From the NCBI GenBank assembly GCA_012295275.1, contig CM022672.1:30504001-30568000 (forward strand): DNA of 64,000 nucleotides, in the 5' to 3' direction. The stretch is from Chrysomallon squamiferum. Lineage: Eukaryota; Animalia; Mollusca. Shown in pieces: positions 40,021-54,330 of this stretch; the stretch's first letter is position 1; each line of letters begins with the position of its first letter. The position numbers and the translations under genes were made by a program. The notes beneath the pieces are model-generated. The model worked only from the letters and a program-made list of their open reading frames with translations, was not told the origin of the DNA and ran no database searches.

Positions 40021-40328
40021 CAGTTTGAGTGTCCGTTATCTGAAATTCGGAAATCCGAAAAGCTCCGAAAAGCTCCGAAATCCAGCACATATAGTGATAT
40101 CTTATAGTTTTAGCAGTATTTTGCAAACACTAACATCATTTTATTAACATCATAATAACAAAATTATTATAAAATATTTGTATAAGCTGTATATGAAATT
40201 TAGATGGAATTCGTGTTTAGACTTAGATCCTATTCTCAGGCCATCTTCTTATATTCCAAAACTCGAGACATTCTCAAATCCGATACAGTTCCGACCCTGA
40301 ACATTTCGGACGAACAATTCTCAGACTA
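40021..40328. mobile_element. Tigger-derived MITE copy
   Basis: Paralogue of 14966-15280; a partial second copy lies at about 41015-41180. Confidence 0.7.
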
Positions 40329-41278
40329 GTTATTTGTTCTAGGAAGTGTTGGTCTTTCTAGAGTTATTTCCCTTCCATTCAGCTCTTTTTATTTATTTAT
40401 TTATTTATTTATTATTATTATTATTTTAATGCCCTGTAATAACATTATGATATATAGTTTTTGATTATCAATTTTCTTTTGTTTATTTATTTGTTTATCT
40501 TAAATAATATATTTAGTTTACTGAAGAGTGAAGAAAAAGACAAAAGTCTACATGGAGATAAGAATAAATTGTCTAATAAAATTTCCGTATTATTATTTGC
40601 TGTTATGTGTGATCCATCTTCACTAATAACGAAAACTACTAAAATAAAGTAAGTAACAAAAGAATTAACGCCGCGATTTTATTATTTCCCAACCGGAATT
40701 GTGACGTCATCATAAACTTGATAGATGTAATCATTCGTACAACATTAGAAACACTTTAGAGCAAATAGAGCCTCATACGTGATGACGTCATTACCTAAAA
40801 CTACCGAGGTTAAAATAAATCTTTTGGGGTAATTTTCATTAGTAATTAAGACTGCATTAATAATAATAATAATAATAATAATAAAAGAAAGGCAATCTAA
40901 AACGAAAGCAACCTGGACATATGCGAAACATATTTATCTTATTTGTTTTCATTTCGAACAAAAACAAATAAACAAAATTAAATAAATAACATCTCGTTCT
41001 CTTCGTTATTCTGAGTGTTTTGCACATACTAGCATTATTTTATGCCACAAAAGTATTAAAAACTATTTGTATAAGCTGTATTTGAAATTTATATAGAATT
41101 AGTGTTTAGACTTAGATCCTGTTCGCAGGCAATCTTATATTCCAAATCCGATACAGTTCCGGCCTGAATTCTTAGCCTATGGTTATTTGTTTTAGGAGGT
41201 GTTGGTCTTTTTAGAGTTATTTCCCTTCAATTTGGCTCTTTTCCTTTATTTATTTATTTATTTATTTATTATTATTAC

Positions 41279-41323
<45 letters not shown>

Positions 41324-41779
41324 CTTAATACCCTGTAATAACATTCTGATATACATTTTTCGATTATTTATTTTCTTTTGTTGTTGTTCTTTGTAACATT
41401 TTATTTTATTCAATTATTTGTTTATCTTAAATAATATTTCAGTTTACTGAAGAGTGAAGGTCTACTTGGTGATAAGAATAAATTGTCTAATACATTTTTT
41501 TTTGCTTCCATATTATTATTTTCTGTTATGTGTGATTCATCTACACCAATAATGAAAACTACAAAAATAAAGTAAGCAACAAAAGATTTAAAACCCCGAT
41601 TTTATTATGTTCCAACTGGAATTGTGACGTCATAAGAAACTTGATAGATGTAATCATTCGTACAACACTAGAAAAACTTTAGAGCAAATCAGACCGCCCC
41701 ATACGAGATGACGTCATTACATAAAACTACCGAGGTTAAAATAAATCGTTTTGGTAATTTTCTTTGGTAAATAAGACTG

Positions 41780-41860
<81 letters not shown>

Positions 41861-42207
41861 CAAAGGGAAAATAAAAGGAAAGAAAATTGGACGTATGCGA
41901 AAGATATTTATTGTATTTGTTATCACTTCGAACAAAAAAAAAAATAAAAAAAATAAATAAATAACATGTTGTGTTCGTTACTCTGACTTGGAACGTGCGC
42001 GCGTATGTGCGTATTATTTTATTTTATGTATGACAAAGAGTGGTAATCATAATTATCACAGAAAAAACATTTTGTTATTAATTATCAAAAAACATATGTA
42101 TAAATCCATTTATATGGAATAGTTATAGTATAACAAACTTCATAACAAATGTCAAGCAATATTAATCTTACATTTTTATTTTCTTTCAGTGCAGTCTTTG
42201 ACACAAA

Positions 42208-44715
42208 TTAGCACGTACCAAATGAACAAGCTGATACTTTTGTGTCCCAGACTGTTCCTGGTGGACAAGCAGACTTGTAAGCCACACCATTGACACACTG
42301 GACAAAATGACCACAAGTCTTTCCAGCGATGAAGACAACTCCTACTTTAGGACAGCCATCTGAAAAGGATGATAGTAAGCAATAAATGCATGTAATAGAC
42401 ATACTCATCAGCCCTATGTCAATCACTGACAAACATTTTGTTAATTTATATTACTGATTTCTACAAATACAAAATTCTCTGACTGTTTAATTTATAATTA
42501 CTTAACAACATTAAAATCATTGCTAATATTAAGAAAATGAAACAGAACACTGAGGTATGAGTGTATATGTGCATGTAAATCATGAAGTTATTAAAACATA
42601 TCTCATCATGATCTTGTTAGCTATTAACATGTTTTACAGTCAGATATAATTTTTCTATTTTCAGTAATTACCAACCAGGACCACATTTCTCTGTGTTACA
42701 GGGAACAGTTTTCACTTCATCTGTTTCTCCTTCACATGAATTTCCACCATTTTTAGGAGCAGGATTATCACATTTTCTGCTTCTTGACTGGTTTTTGTAT
42801 CCTATTCCACACAGTTTTGAACATTCAGTAAGATTCTTCTATTCCGACCAAGTACTCGAACCACCATCAACTGTTAGTAATATAAATTTCTGTTTATATC
42901 TGATCACTGCATTGAAAACAAGTAAAATTAAAATGTAGATGTAAAGTATTGTTGATCCCCAGTTCAGTCTATTTCATTTTGTATTTTTAGAGACTTAATC
43001 ATCCGAAATCTTAATGGCAGTCAAGTGATGGCAAAAATAATAATTTGATTGTAATTGTCCTATAAGAAAAATTATAATTTAGTTTGAAACATCTGTTTTG
43101 AAGATATTCAGAAGAGATATCGTATTTTGTCATCAACTCTTGGAGATAGTAATATTCTAATAATTAATTATTAAAATGTTTTATGCTTATCAACTTCAAC
43201 ACTTCGTTTTTTAAAAAGTGCTGTGTATTGAAAGTAATCGATAAGTGTATATTAAATTACTTGGACATGCTTGCTGATTACAGCTGTATGTTTGGTTTTC
43301 AGTGTTAGATCCATAGCACCAATGTCCACCATAGGCAGGCACTGGATCAGTGCAATTTCTGCTCCTGATTCCCATTTGAATTCCACCTCCACACGATTTG
43401 CTGCATTCATCGTATGACCAATCTGACCAAGATGCCCACCCACCGTCCACTGTAATATAAAGAATATACGTAGTTACCTACTACCTATATATATATATAT
43501 ACAGCACATACATGCAGGGACGAACTCACATTTACTCATTTATTAATTATGGGACAAACAGTTTACAATTTATATGAGGATTTCAAAGAATGTAGCCCTC
43601 AAAATGAATCATGGACGTGAACTATATACTTTTTATATTATTGACATAAATACAACACTCACCTCCACATTTATTTGTATTGCAAGTCACTGGACACTGG
43701 ACCCCGGACAGTAACTTCCACCATTTCGAGGTACTGGATTGTTGCACGACCTAGTTCTTCCCTGCTCTTTGATTCTAGATCCACATGGCCTAGAACAGTC
43801 ACTGGTGTCCTATCAAGAAGATCAGCTGCTCCAGCCACCATTAACTAATCATAAATAGGATAATTAAGTTTATAACAAATGTAAATTACAGTTAAATGAT
43901 TGAAGCATAGACTTTTGGCCTCATATTATGTCGTAGGAAGTAAGAACTTCAGTTGACCCACTAGGCTCTTTCTCCCTTCTGCAGCTACCTCATGACGTAC
44001 TTATCAAATACAGTGCTATGTGGTTCTCTGAGTGTCAAAAGGTAAAGCAGTTTAAAGGATTGTTCAGGGTTATTCACTGAAAAGTTTTATTTTTTTATTT
44101 TCATTTTTATTCTTTTGTTGTAGTGTTTTTGGTATTTATTTACTTATTTATTTATTTATTTACTTATTTATTATTTATTTATTTATTTATTTTATTTTAT
44201 TTTATTAATTTATTTTTGATATTTGTTTTTGTTATTTTATTTTTGTTATCACAAGAGACAAAAAATAAATTGCAGACATTAAACAAAAGTTAAATGTCCT
44301 GAATAATCCGAACTAAATGCAGCTAAGAAATAACACTAATGCTGACTCCATTAAGTAAAAGAAAAGTGGACTAATGCTCTATTTAATATCCAAAGAAACT
44401 CGAGAAAAGCCAAACCATTTACGGTTGATCAGATTTGAAATATTTTATTAGTTTGTGAAAAACGAATTTTAATCAATTATAAAGTAACAAGATACATAAA
44501 CCAATCCTTAGGAACTGTTAAGTTACAACTAAGGCTATCATCGTTGAGATATATTTACTTTCACATGCTGCTCTGCAACAGAGTTGTATTGTTGAATTAT
44601 ACTTACCTGCAGGTGGTGCCCTATAACGCCTACGACGGGCACTCCACCAATCCGCGATGAATGCTTCAGTACAGACCAGTAAAACACATAAGTTTAACAG
44701 TGTAAACACTTTCAT
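42208..44715 (-). pseudogene. Copy E: pseudogene of the TSR/chitin-binding family
   Basis: Exons 44607-44715 (MKVFTLLNLCVLLVCTEAFIADWWSARRRRYRAPPA); 43663-43844 (182 nt, stops at 43822-24, 43813-15 and 43810-12, 10-nt deletion); 43261-43449 (open); 42676-42870 (TAG at 42839-41); 42208-42359 (CBD, open). The first exon and promoter are absent. Confidence 0.88.
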
Positions 44716-45947
44716 CTGTGACAGAATACAGAAAAAATATAGATAAACAGAAACATATGCACAGATATATAATACTAGAGACTCACAAAAACTCACAACA
44801 CATACACAAAGATGAAATCTGGTCACCATATGAAATATAAAATAAATTAATTTATTTTTGGATATAGACCCCTTTTAATAAATCATGTTGTGACTCTTGT
44901 GTAAAGAAAATTAATTTTCTATGCAAACAAAAAGCTTTTACAGTGCACAATAATGTCAAAGAAAATTTAGATTAAAAAAATGTGCTCGGTTAAACATAAC
45001 CACTGTCTAAAACATTATAACACAAGTGTCTGGGTGTATATAAAACACTGTGAATTTCTTTCAAAGCCACTTTTGTAATTATTCGGTGCTAATGGCTTAC
45101 GAGGTGTAATAATTAAATCTAATTTAATATTGACAAAATTTAATAATTATATACAAAAAAGAATGGATGACAAGATCTAAAAGTTGATTAAAATTTAATG
45201 GTTGACAAGATTTAGTAGTTACATTAAATGAAAATGGCGGAGATGAAATAGCTGAATAAAATTCAATGCTTGACAAGATTTAACAGTTAAGTAAAATACA
45301 ATGGTTGACAATATTTAAAAGTTAAGTAAGATTTAACATTAGACACAATGTAGTTATTAAAGAAAATTAAGTAGTGAAGATTTATTTAGAAAACAAAAAC
45401 TTAATTTAATTCGGATTAGATATGTTCATGCAAACATCAATAGCCATTTATCTTCAAAGTCACAAAATCCTTTAAACACAGAATGTGTCTTTACTTATTC
45501 ATTTATTTGTTCGTATAAAGAAAACAAAAATAATAATAATTAGACATTCTTCAAAGCCCTATAATTGGAATGATGATATTTTAAATACTTTAATGTGAAT
45601 ACAATTGACTGCAAGTCTTGTGCCTGCAGCTTTGATAATTCCAGCATCAATAGTGCCATTTAGATCTAAGTTCAAGTAAACGAAAGGTTAAGTTTAACTG
45701 GGGAGTGAGTCACATTTATCCATATCAAAAGTCAATAAATGAATATTGTTTTAGTAAAGCTTGATAACTCACGTATGTATTTTTGTCATAATTATTAGTC
45801 AGTTAATAATGCTGCAAATATTTATGTTCTGTGAAAACAGTTTATGCATTAATTTTATTCTGGTTTTTGGTTACATTCTGAAATAAAATACAATAGAGGC
45901 CATTTTGACAAACACTAAAATGAAGTTGATATCGTGAAAACCTATTA

Positions 45948-48070
45948 CAGGTTGACTATCACTAATCCGGCATCTTCGGGACCTGGAGGGTGCCGGATTA
46001 GCCAGTTTGCCGGATTAGCCATTAGGATAGAATACACCAAACCCATTAGCTAACCACCTCATCTTAAAATTAAAATATCCCATAAAACAGTACAATTTGA
46101 TTAATAAAGAAAAGATAATTATCAAATAAATTCAAGTAAAAAATGTAATGAAATACGGGCACAAGTATACTAGAAATTAATTCTGTAGACTTACATTAGA
46201 TCATCATTGCCACTTCCAAAGTGGCATTTACATGTCTTGAGGTGGAGGGTTATCAAGATTCTCATCATTGTCTTCTAAGGTGAGTGAGATATCAGGAACT
46301 GCTGGTGACGGTGGCAACATACCTGGGTGAGCAGCTGTTGAAGGCAGTGGATGTGCATATGATGAGGAGATGTCAGGATTACCATCTGGGTGAGCAAATG
46401 TTGAAGGCACTGAATTTTCAATTGATGTCTTCTCTGTTACACGCTTTGTAGCCAGTTTCAAAAATATATCTGGCAAGCTGACCTGTTTCATATATTTTGG
46501 TCTTTCTTTGATTAGTTTATCGTGCAGCATGTAAATATTCATTATTTCTTGCTCAGCCATAAAACTGCGCTGCTCTAAACCGTTTAGCAATTCATCTGTC
46601 AGCTGAATTAACCGATCAATAGAAACTCTTTCTGCTACTTCATCTTCATTTCCATCACTACTTTCTCCTTCACTGGCTTGTTGCTCTGGACTTACAATTT
46701 CTAAGTCCGTATAATGATGAACAACACATACACCGTCGTCAACAGTCATCCATTCTTCAATGTTATCTTCGTCCAGTTTAGATGCAAGATCCTTCGCAGC
46801 AGGATTGGTCAGATCAGGAGCAAAAGACAACAGATCATTTATATGCTATTTCTCCTTTGAAAACCTAATTTTTATAAAGTTTGGTTCACGATTTTCATCA
46901 GGTGCTGTCTCATATGTTAACACTGACCACAGTTTGTGCCATCCATGTTTCATTGTAGCAGGCTCTTCAGATTTCCAAGCATTAGCAACACAGTAAACCA
47001 CATCTCTCATTATATTCACGAATAAACTCACGTACAGGCTTCCCAGAGTTAACTTCACTCAGCAGGCGCCTCATAAAATGAGTGCGATACTTCGACTTTA
47101 ATGAACGTAATATGCCATTGTCCAGGGGTTGAATCGAGGAAGTGCAGTTAGGTGGAAGATAGATACCGAAAACATTGTTCTTTATCAGGAGTTCTGCTTT
47201 TGGATGAGCGGAGCAGTTATCTAAAATAAGCATTATCTTACAATTACGGTCCCATCCAACAGAATCTGAGTGAGCTCTTGCTTCGGGGACAAAACAGTTC
47301 TGAAACCAATCCAATAACAGTTCAGTTGTTATCCAACCTTTTTCGTTGGCACGGTAATTTACAGGAATCTGTGTCATGCCTTTGAAAGCTCGAGGACGTA
47401 AACTTTTACCGATGACCAGTAACTTACACCTGTGTGTTCCTGCAGCATTGGAGCTGCCCAGCACAGTAACACGGTCTTTCGATGCTTTATAACCTGTCGG
47501 AAATTCTATATCCTCCGATTTCAGTGTTCTTTTGGGTGTACATTTCCAAAAGAGTCTCATCTGCGTTATAAACCTGGTCAGGACTTATATTTTCATCATT
47601 GCCCAACTTGGTGAACTCGTCAACAAATTTTGTAGCTGCTTCAGTGTCAGCTGATCTTTTTTCGCCACACACTGCACGAAACTTTAAGCCATGTCGTTCC
47701 TTAAAACGTTGCAACCATCGTTCACTGTAATCGCACTGATATTCCAGTCCGAGTTCTTCATGAAATAGTTTTGCTTGTTCCTTCACAAGATCAGCTGACA
47801 GTTCGATTCCTTCACTTTCACTCAACTTACACCACCTCATCATTACCTGATCTAGTTCTGATTTTTACCAGGTTTCATTGCTTTCCTTTTAAACATCTGT
47901 TTTTTTCGACTTACTGTCAACCAAAAATTTAAGTAACTTTTCTTTCTGTTTTTTCATGTCATAAACTGTCGAAGACCCAACAGTGTATAATTCACATAAA
48001 CTTCTCACATACACGCCACTGTCAAGCTTTTTCGAGAGTTCAACCTTTCCTGCTATGGACAATGTTAACA
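45948..48070 (-). mobile_element. Decayed Tigger/pogo DNA transposon (Jerky/TIGD2-like DD32D transposase)
   Basis: Frameshifted transposase from about 48065 to 46228: HTH LTLSIAGKVELSKKLDSG..., CENP-B-like WLQRFKERHGL, catalytic YNADET / ILDNCSAH / QPLDNG with 32 residues between the last two Asp. One terminus ta|caggttgactatcactaatccgg at 45948; the other end was not found. Confidence 0.92.
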
Positions 48071-49166
48071 GTTACAAGGAACACTTTAGTAACATATATA
48101 ACAGTACAAAAGTAACACTTTAGTAACACATATACACACATATAAGCGTGCACAAGTAAAATTTTAATAACACATATACACACATACAACACTAAACAAC
48201 TAATATTTTAGTAACACACATACACACATCTAAAAGTAATAAGCAGTGACTATTGTTCAGGCTACTTTACATGCAAACACAGTCTTTTCCAGTTTCTTGT
48301 CAAATGCTATTGTCTGCAGACTGGACCAGAGATACTATTTTTCCAGAAAACTGATGCTCGACTAGAATTTCAAGAATCACAAATACATTTTACAGTCAGT
48401 GAACAAGAATGGGTGTCACCAAAGTGTCATGCTGTTCTGAAAGTGACTGGTGTTCAGGCCACAAGTGACTTGTGTTCAGGCCACAAGTGACTTTGTTCTT
48501 TTCTGAAAATCAACAATCAAAGCAGTGAGAATTATTCTGACTATTCAGCCTGCCTGTTCTACCTGGCGTCAGACTTTCAGCTAGTAAGTCCTTTACTTTG
48601 ACCTTCCTTCCTTCGTTTTCACTTAATTCATTAAATACTTTCTTATAACTCAATAGCCAATCCGTTTATTATTTGTTTTTTGTTTTTGTTTTTTTGTTTT
48701 TTTATGCTATGGAGACACTGAACATTCATTTAGTAATTTTTATTATTATTTTAGTCTTATTATTAATGTAATGTTTAATTACACTAATTATATTTATTTC
48801 TTTGAAAAGAAATGAAAAGAAAGAAAGTAATTTTAATTAACTGATCTTAGTACAAGATTTCATGTTTTTAGATAGACGTACTCGCATTAAATCAATTGTA
48901 TTTATGTTGCAGCGTAGTAGGGTTATAAGTTATGAGACACATTTACAAAAATTACAACAGTCTGTTTAACTGGGTTATGTTCCACCATATTTAATGCTGG
49001 ATGAGGGCTTTCTAGAAGATCACAGATAGCCATTATATTTACAATACATGGTTTCGAGTGATCAGAATTATTTCTAAAATAGAAGAATTTATGCTAAGAC
49101 CAACGTGAATTATTTGTTTTACTCATTATTGTCACCAGCATTTTTTAATTTTTTATTTTATAAAAG

Positions 49167-50290
49167 CCAAAGAAGATAAAGACGAAAACAGCAACAATAA
49201 CAGCAGCAAGAACACGAATCACAGCATCGACACCAATGACAACAACAGTATCGTGTTTTTCAGTTTAAACATCTGTCATTGTATCCTACTATAACAATGA
49301 AGCCTTTAAACCTAGCACAAGTAATGGATGTCAGTATGGACTAAAACCTGGATGTCCGGATTATTACAAAGGTAAAAAGGTAGTCATGTTATCAATATAC
49401 AAAAATCAAGACTTGTTAACATTTTCTTATTTGCCTACAGATTCAAAAAAATATGATTTTACGTGATACTACAGGCACTAATAATATTAATAAAATAAAC
49501 CTTCATAGAAGACTGAATGCTTTAAGTATGGGCCTGTAAATGGAAACTTTTGCTTTATTCAGATGAAGAAACCAATCTTTTGTGATAAGTTCCTGTTTTC
49601 CGTCCTTTTTACAAAAAGTTTCAAAATGGCATCCGACATAGAAATGAAAATGAATTGAAGATACTAATACAAAAAGGCCCAAACAATCGATTTTATTTGT
49701 TATAGATATTGACATATATCTTCCTTTTTTATTATAACTATTTTTAAAACATTTTATATTATTGCTGTCTTAATATTCTAATCCTTTTGACTAAACCTTC
49801 TTAAAACAGCAATGTTATCATCATCATCATTTTCACTATCATCATCAATACAATTTCTTCTAGACTGCCAGAAATCCTATTATGTGGATCATCATCAAGA
49901 TAAATCTGTATATCTCATCAAACCAGATGGCTTCTCAGAATCATTCAAAGTTCTGTACAATGGAGGAAGCAGCCTTATACCACGATTTACTTACATTCGG
50001 CATAACAAGTATTCATGCTATCCTTACACGTCTTTCAACCAATCATGGGCTGCATAGAGAGACGGTTTTGGTGAGTTAGAAACGTTCAGCTATAATGTCT
50101 TGTGGGGAAACCAAAAAATTGTTGCTTTAGCAAAGCAAGGTCAGTACAAACTTGGATTGTATGGAAGATCATCAAGTTTGAAGATTTCTGTTTACAACAA
50201 TTTCCGAATGACGAATGAGTGATATGTTGATGTTGGTCTGGATGATGTGTTCAAATCGCCGACTGTCCTAAATCCTTTTTACACCTTTGA
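49167..50290 (+). pseudogene. Decayed fibrinogen-related domain (FReD) gene
   Basis: Thr-rich exon 49167-49371 (...GCPDYYK g|gt) joins ag|49864 to give DCQKSYY...SVYLIKPDGFSESFKV...FNQSWAA*RDGFGELE...LWGNQKIVALAKQGQYKL...YNNFRMTNE*, which follows fibrinogen C-terminal domain motif order. In-frame stops are present. A possible earlier domain end (FMLRPT) lies near 49088-49105. Confidence 0.72.
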
Positions 50291-51059
50291 TCATGAAATG
50301 TTTAAACTGACAGATGTGGCACATTACCAACAAATTTCACTTTCTAACGTAATCCAGAATGGTTTCACATTAAACTTTGAAAAAAATAAATAAAAATGAA
50401 ATATTTCTCTCATGGTATTTAATAGTAAATACAAATGCATATTTACAATTCACTATCATCTTCGTAATTCAGTTATGGCAGAATGGCTTGAGAACAACTA
50501 TCTATGTACGATAGATTCAAAACAATTGGAGCTAATTTTGATATTTCTGAAACAGTGTGCACTGCTGGGGCCTAATACTGGGTGGGACAATATAATCGTT
50601 GGACCAGGACAGATTTAGCAGATAACTCGCTACTTCGTGTTATACATTTGCCAAGGATCCTATTTCTTTTATGCATTATATAGTGTACATCTATGTACAG
50701 GCGATATAGGCCTCCTAAAAGCAATTACCTAATTTAATTTTTGTACCACACGTCACGTTGACCAATTGTGATATTATTAGACAAGTTAAGCGTAGATGTT
50801 AAATTAACGAACGGAACCCGTATCGTCCAATCTGCCGTTGGTGCGTGCGTAATCAGATATACAGGTCTATTATTACGATTCCATTGTATGATGGTAATTT
50901 TTACTGTTTAGTATATTGACATATTTAGCTTTTCAATACATTTTACTTCATGCATATATGTTTTGTTGATTGGCAATACAATTAATGTCGCTTTCACTCA
51001 GAAATAATGTATGGATAAATTCAGTGAAGATAAACTAAAGAATAAAATCGGGTAAAGCT

Positions 51060-51480
51060 TGGAGGAAACAACAACAAGCAGTCTGCATGAAAAATGGAGA
51101 TCCCGTTATAATTTTTTCAAATAGTTGTGTTTCACAAACATCATTCATACACACCTTTTTAGACGCAGCCTCGGCCAAACAGAAGCCCAATATAAGCAGC
51201 TTTATTTGCTCTCAAGTATAAAATATTTTGCCATACGAACGCGGAAGCACAACCTTGACGAAACTATTTTTTAAAGTCTCTTGACTATTTTCAGAAAACA
51301 GACGCGTTACAAAAATTATCATCGCAAAGAGAAACGTTTCGTCTTGAAGCAACTACACGAACTTCTACCGATCGTGTTTTCTGCCGAACGGCGGATTAAT
51401 TGATGGCCACTGAAGCCGGTTCACTCCCGAGTCTGGAAACGACTGACAAAGCCGATTCTCAGCAACCAGAATCTCCTGAA
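51060..51480 (-). mobile_element. Possible piggyBac-like transposase relic
   Basis: Frameshifted fragments (FVTRLFSENS, KAAYIGLLFGRG, NGISIFHA) loosely recall the piggyBac N-terminal motif. Recognition from memory only. Confidence 0.3.
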
Positions 51481-52232
51481 TTCTGTTTCATAGTTCTTGA
51501 CTGTGAGCAAAATTATCATACTTTTCATAAACTGTCAGCTGAACCATCATAAAATGTCTATTAAGTGATTACATCTGGGTTCAAGTAATATCGAAGCTGT
51601 ATACATTGTCTGACTGTGCCTCCATCGTCAAAGCTATTTAAAAAAATGACTTCTGGACATAATGTTAGTTACAGACTGTGTGTTGAAGGCGTTTAGCACA
51701 AAAGGCTGTGAAGGTTTTGCGCAGTTACTTTATTTCTGAAGCCCGAAAAAACGAAACATGTATCGTCACATGACTTTAGTTTCTCAATTTGTGATTCTTT
51801 TTATTTGTTTCTCTCAGCAGTTGTGGCAATGCATATGGAAATGATGTTGGAATATAAATATGTTTAGTGTTAGTGCGTTCTTAATATATTCTCATTCTAA
51901 GCTGCTTTGAACTTGTTAAAAGATAAACCTCTTAAAAAAAAAAAAAAAAAAAAAAAAACATTTCAGATTTTGTAATTAATTGCAAATTAATAACTTCACC
52001 AAATTTGGCTTCACATATCAATGTAAATATACTTTGCAGAGTTATAAGAAAAATTAGACTGAATATTTACAATATTTGGTATGGTTTATTATGAAATAAG
52101 CTTTATCAAAGACAAAATAACTTCAGAATCCAGATTGACAACTGTGTGTAAAGGTAGTTATTTGTTTTTTGGTTGTGTTCGTCTTTAAAGAGTTATTTCC
52201 CTTCCATTTGGCTAATTTTTGTTTATTTATTT

Positions 52233-52263
<31 letters not shown>

Positions 52264-52747
52264 TTATTATTATTATTATTGCCCTTTAAAAACATCTTAA
52301 TTAAAAATTCGGGATTGTTTCTTTTCTTTTGTTGTTGTTGTTATTTGTAACATTACTTATTTTCGTTTTGAGTATCGTAAATAATATTTCAGTTTACTAT
52401 AGAAAGAGACAAAGTTCTATATGGATATAACAATAAATTGTCTAATAATTTGTTTTATTCTTCCATATTATTATTTGCTGTTATGTCTGATCTATATCGC
52501 TAATAATAAAAACATTCTAGAATAAAATAATAGTTACAAATGACTTAACGCCGCGATTTTACTATTTCACAACTGGAATTGTGACGTCATCATAGATTTG
52601 CTGCATTGCGAGATGTACTCATTCTGACAACACAGAAAATACTTTAAAGCAAATCAGGATGTCACATAAGTGATGACGTCATTACCCCAAAATAGTGATG
52701 TCAAATTAAATCTTTTTTGTTTACGTTTAATTACTAAATAGGATTGG

Positions 52748-52789
<42 letters not shown>

Positions 52790-53651
52790 CATCTCTCGTT
52801 CTCTTCGTTACTCTGGCTTGCAACCTGCGCGTGTGTATGTACATCAGTTTATTTGTAAGTACGACAGAGAGTGATAATTATATTTATCATAGAAAAAACA
52901 TACGCAAGCAAAAATTAACGAGTTCCCGATTATTATACCATTCGGATTCCCGAAATAAAATTATTATATAGTTAAAAATGTTCCAAAACTATATCATACT
53001 TTCGTAAAAACAGGCGTATTATTACCTTCCTTCTTTTTATGTTTATTTGTGTCGTCTGCTGACATCACTATTAGTATTAAATGGCGTACTGCACGCAGTG
53101 CGTTATCTCTGGAGTGTAATTAAAAAGCGAGTTGCGATGGAACATTCTGGAAAGTGACAACTCAAATACATCGATGTCTGAACCAGAATTATGTCTAAGT
53201 TTCTCCAGTTCGTCATTAGCAGACGACCGCATGGGAGGTGACTATTAGTCCGGAGACACTGTTTTTGCTGAAACTGACCAAAATATCCTGTGGGTGTGTT
53301 AGTATGACATTAAGGATTCGAATTAACAAACAACAGCAACAACAATAATGCTTAAACTATTAGTAATTCAACAACAATAACTGCTATTAATTGTTCTAAC
53401 AATTTGTGTAGGATTTTAGTTGCAATAACAGAAATACAAACAACAATAACAATAATGGCATCAACACAACAACAGTAATAGAGGTAGCAGTTGTAGCTGT
53501 AGTACTGCTAGTGTCAGTAAGATTATAAAATAAATTCCGATAACAAGAAGAAAGATACAAAAACGACATTATGGTAGAAATAATAAGAGATAGAAATACT
53601 GTATATTTATTTTTATTAAAGCACTTCTTCTTCTTCTTCTTCTTTTCTCTG

Positions 53652-53810
53652 CAGGTTTGAATCCTTTATCTGAAATACTTCCGACCGGACGTATTTCGGA
53701 TTTTCGAATAAAAGGAGATAGCACGAGAATTGAATTCCTGTCTGAATATTAATTCCATTCATTTTTCCTATATAGCTTACACAGATAATCTGCAGGAATG
53801 TTTAAATAAG
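53652..53810. mobile_element. Diverged Tigger-type terminal fragment
   Basis: caggtttgaatcctttatctgaaatacttccgaccggacgtatttcggattttcg resembles the MITE terminus. Confidence 0.5.
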
Positions 53811-54036
53811 ACTTTATCGTAATTTGCAACTATTATCCCAGATATACACGCTGCCCTTTACCGTAACTTAATGAGAGCATACGTGAGGTATTGACTGATA
53901 TCAAATCTATACTTATGTAATACGTATGTATTACGTCACAGCTTATCCAACGTTCAGTGAACGATCTGCTAAGATTAAGGTTGCATGGAAGTACAAGGAC
54001 ACTGTTATAGAAATATATCACAGACATTTTAACTGA

Positions 54037-54330
<294 letters not shown>

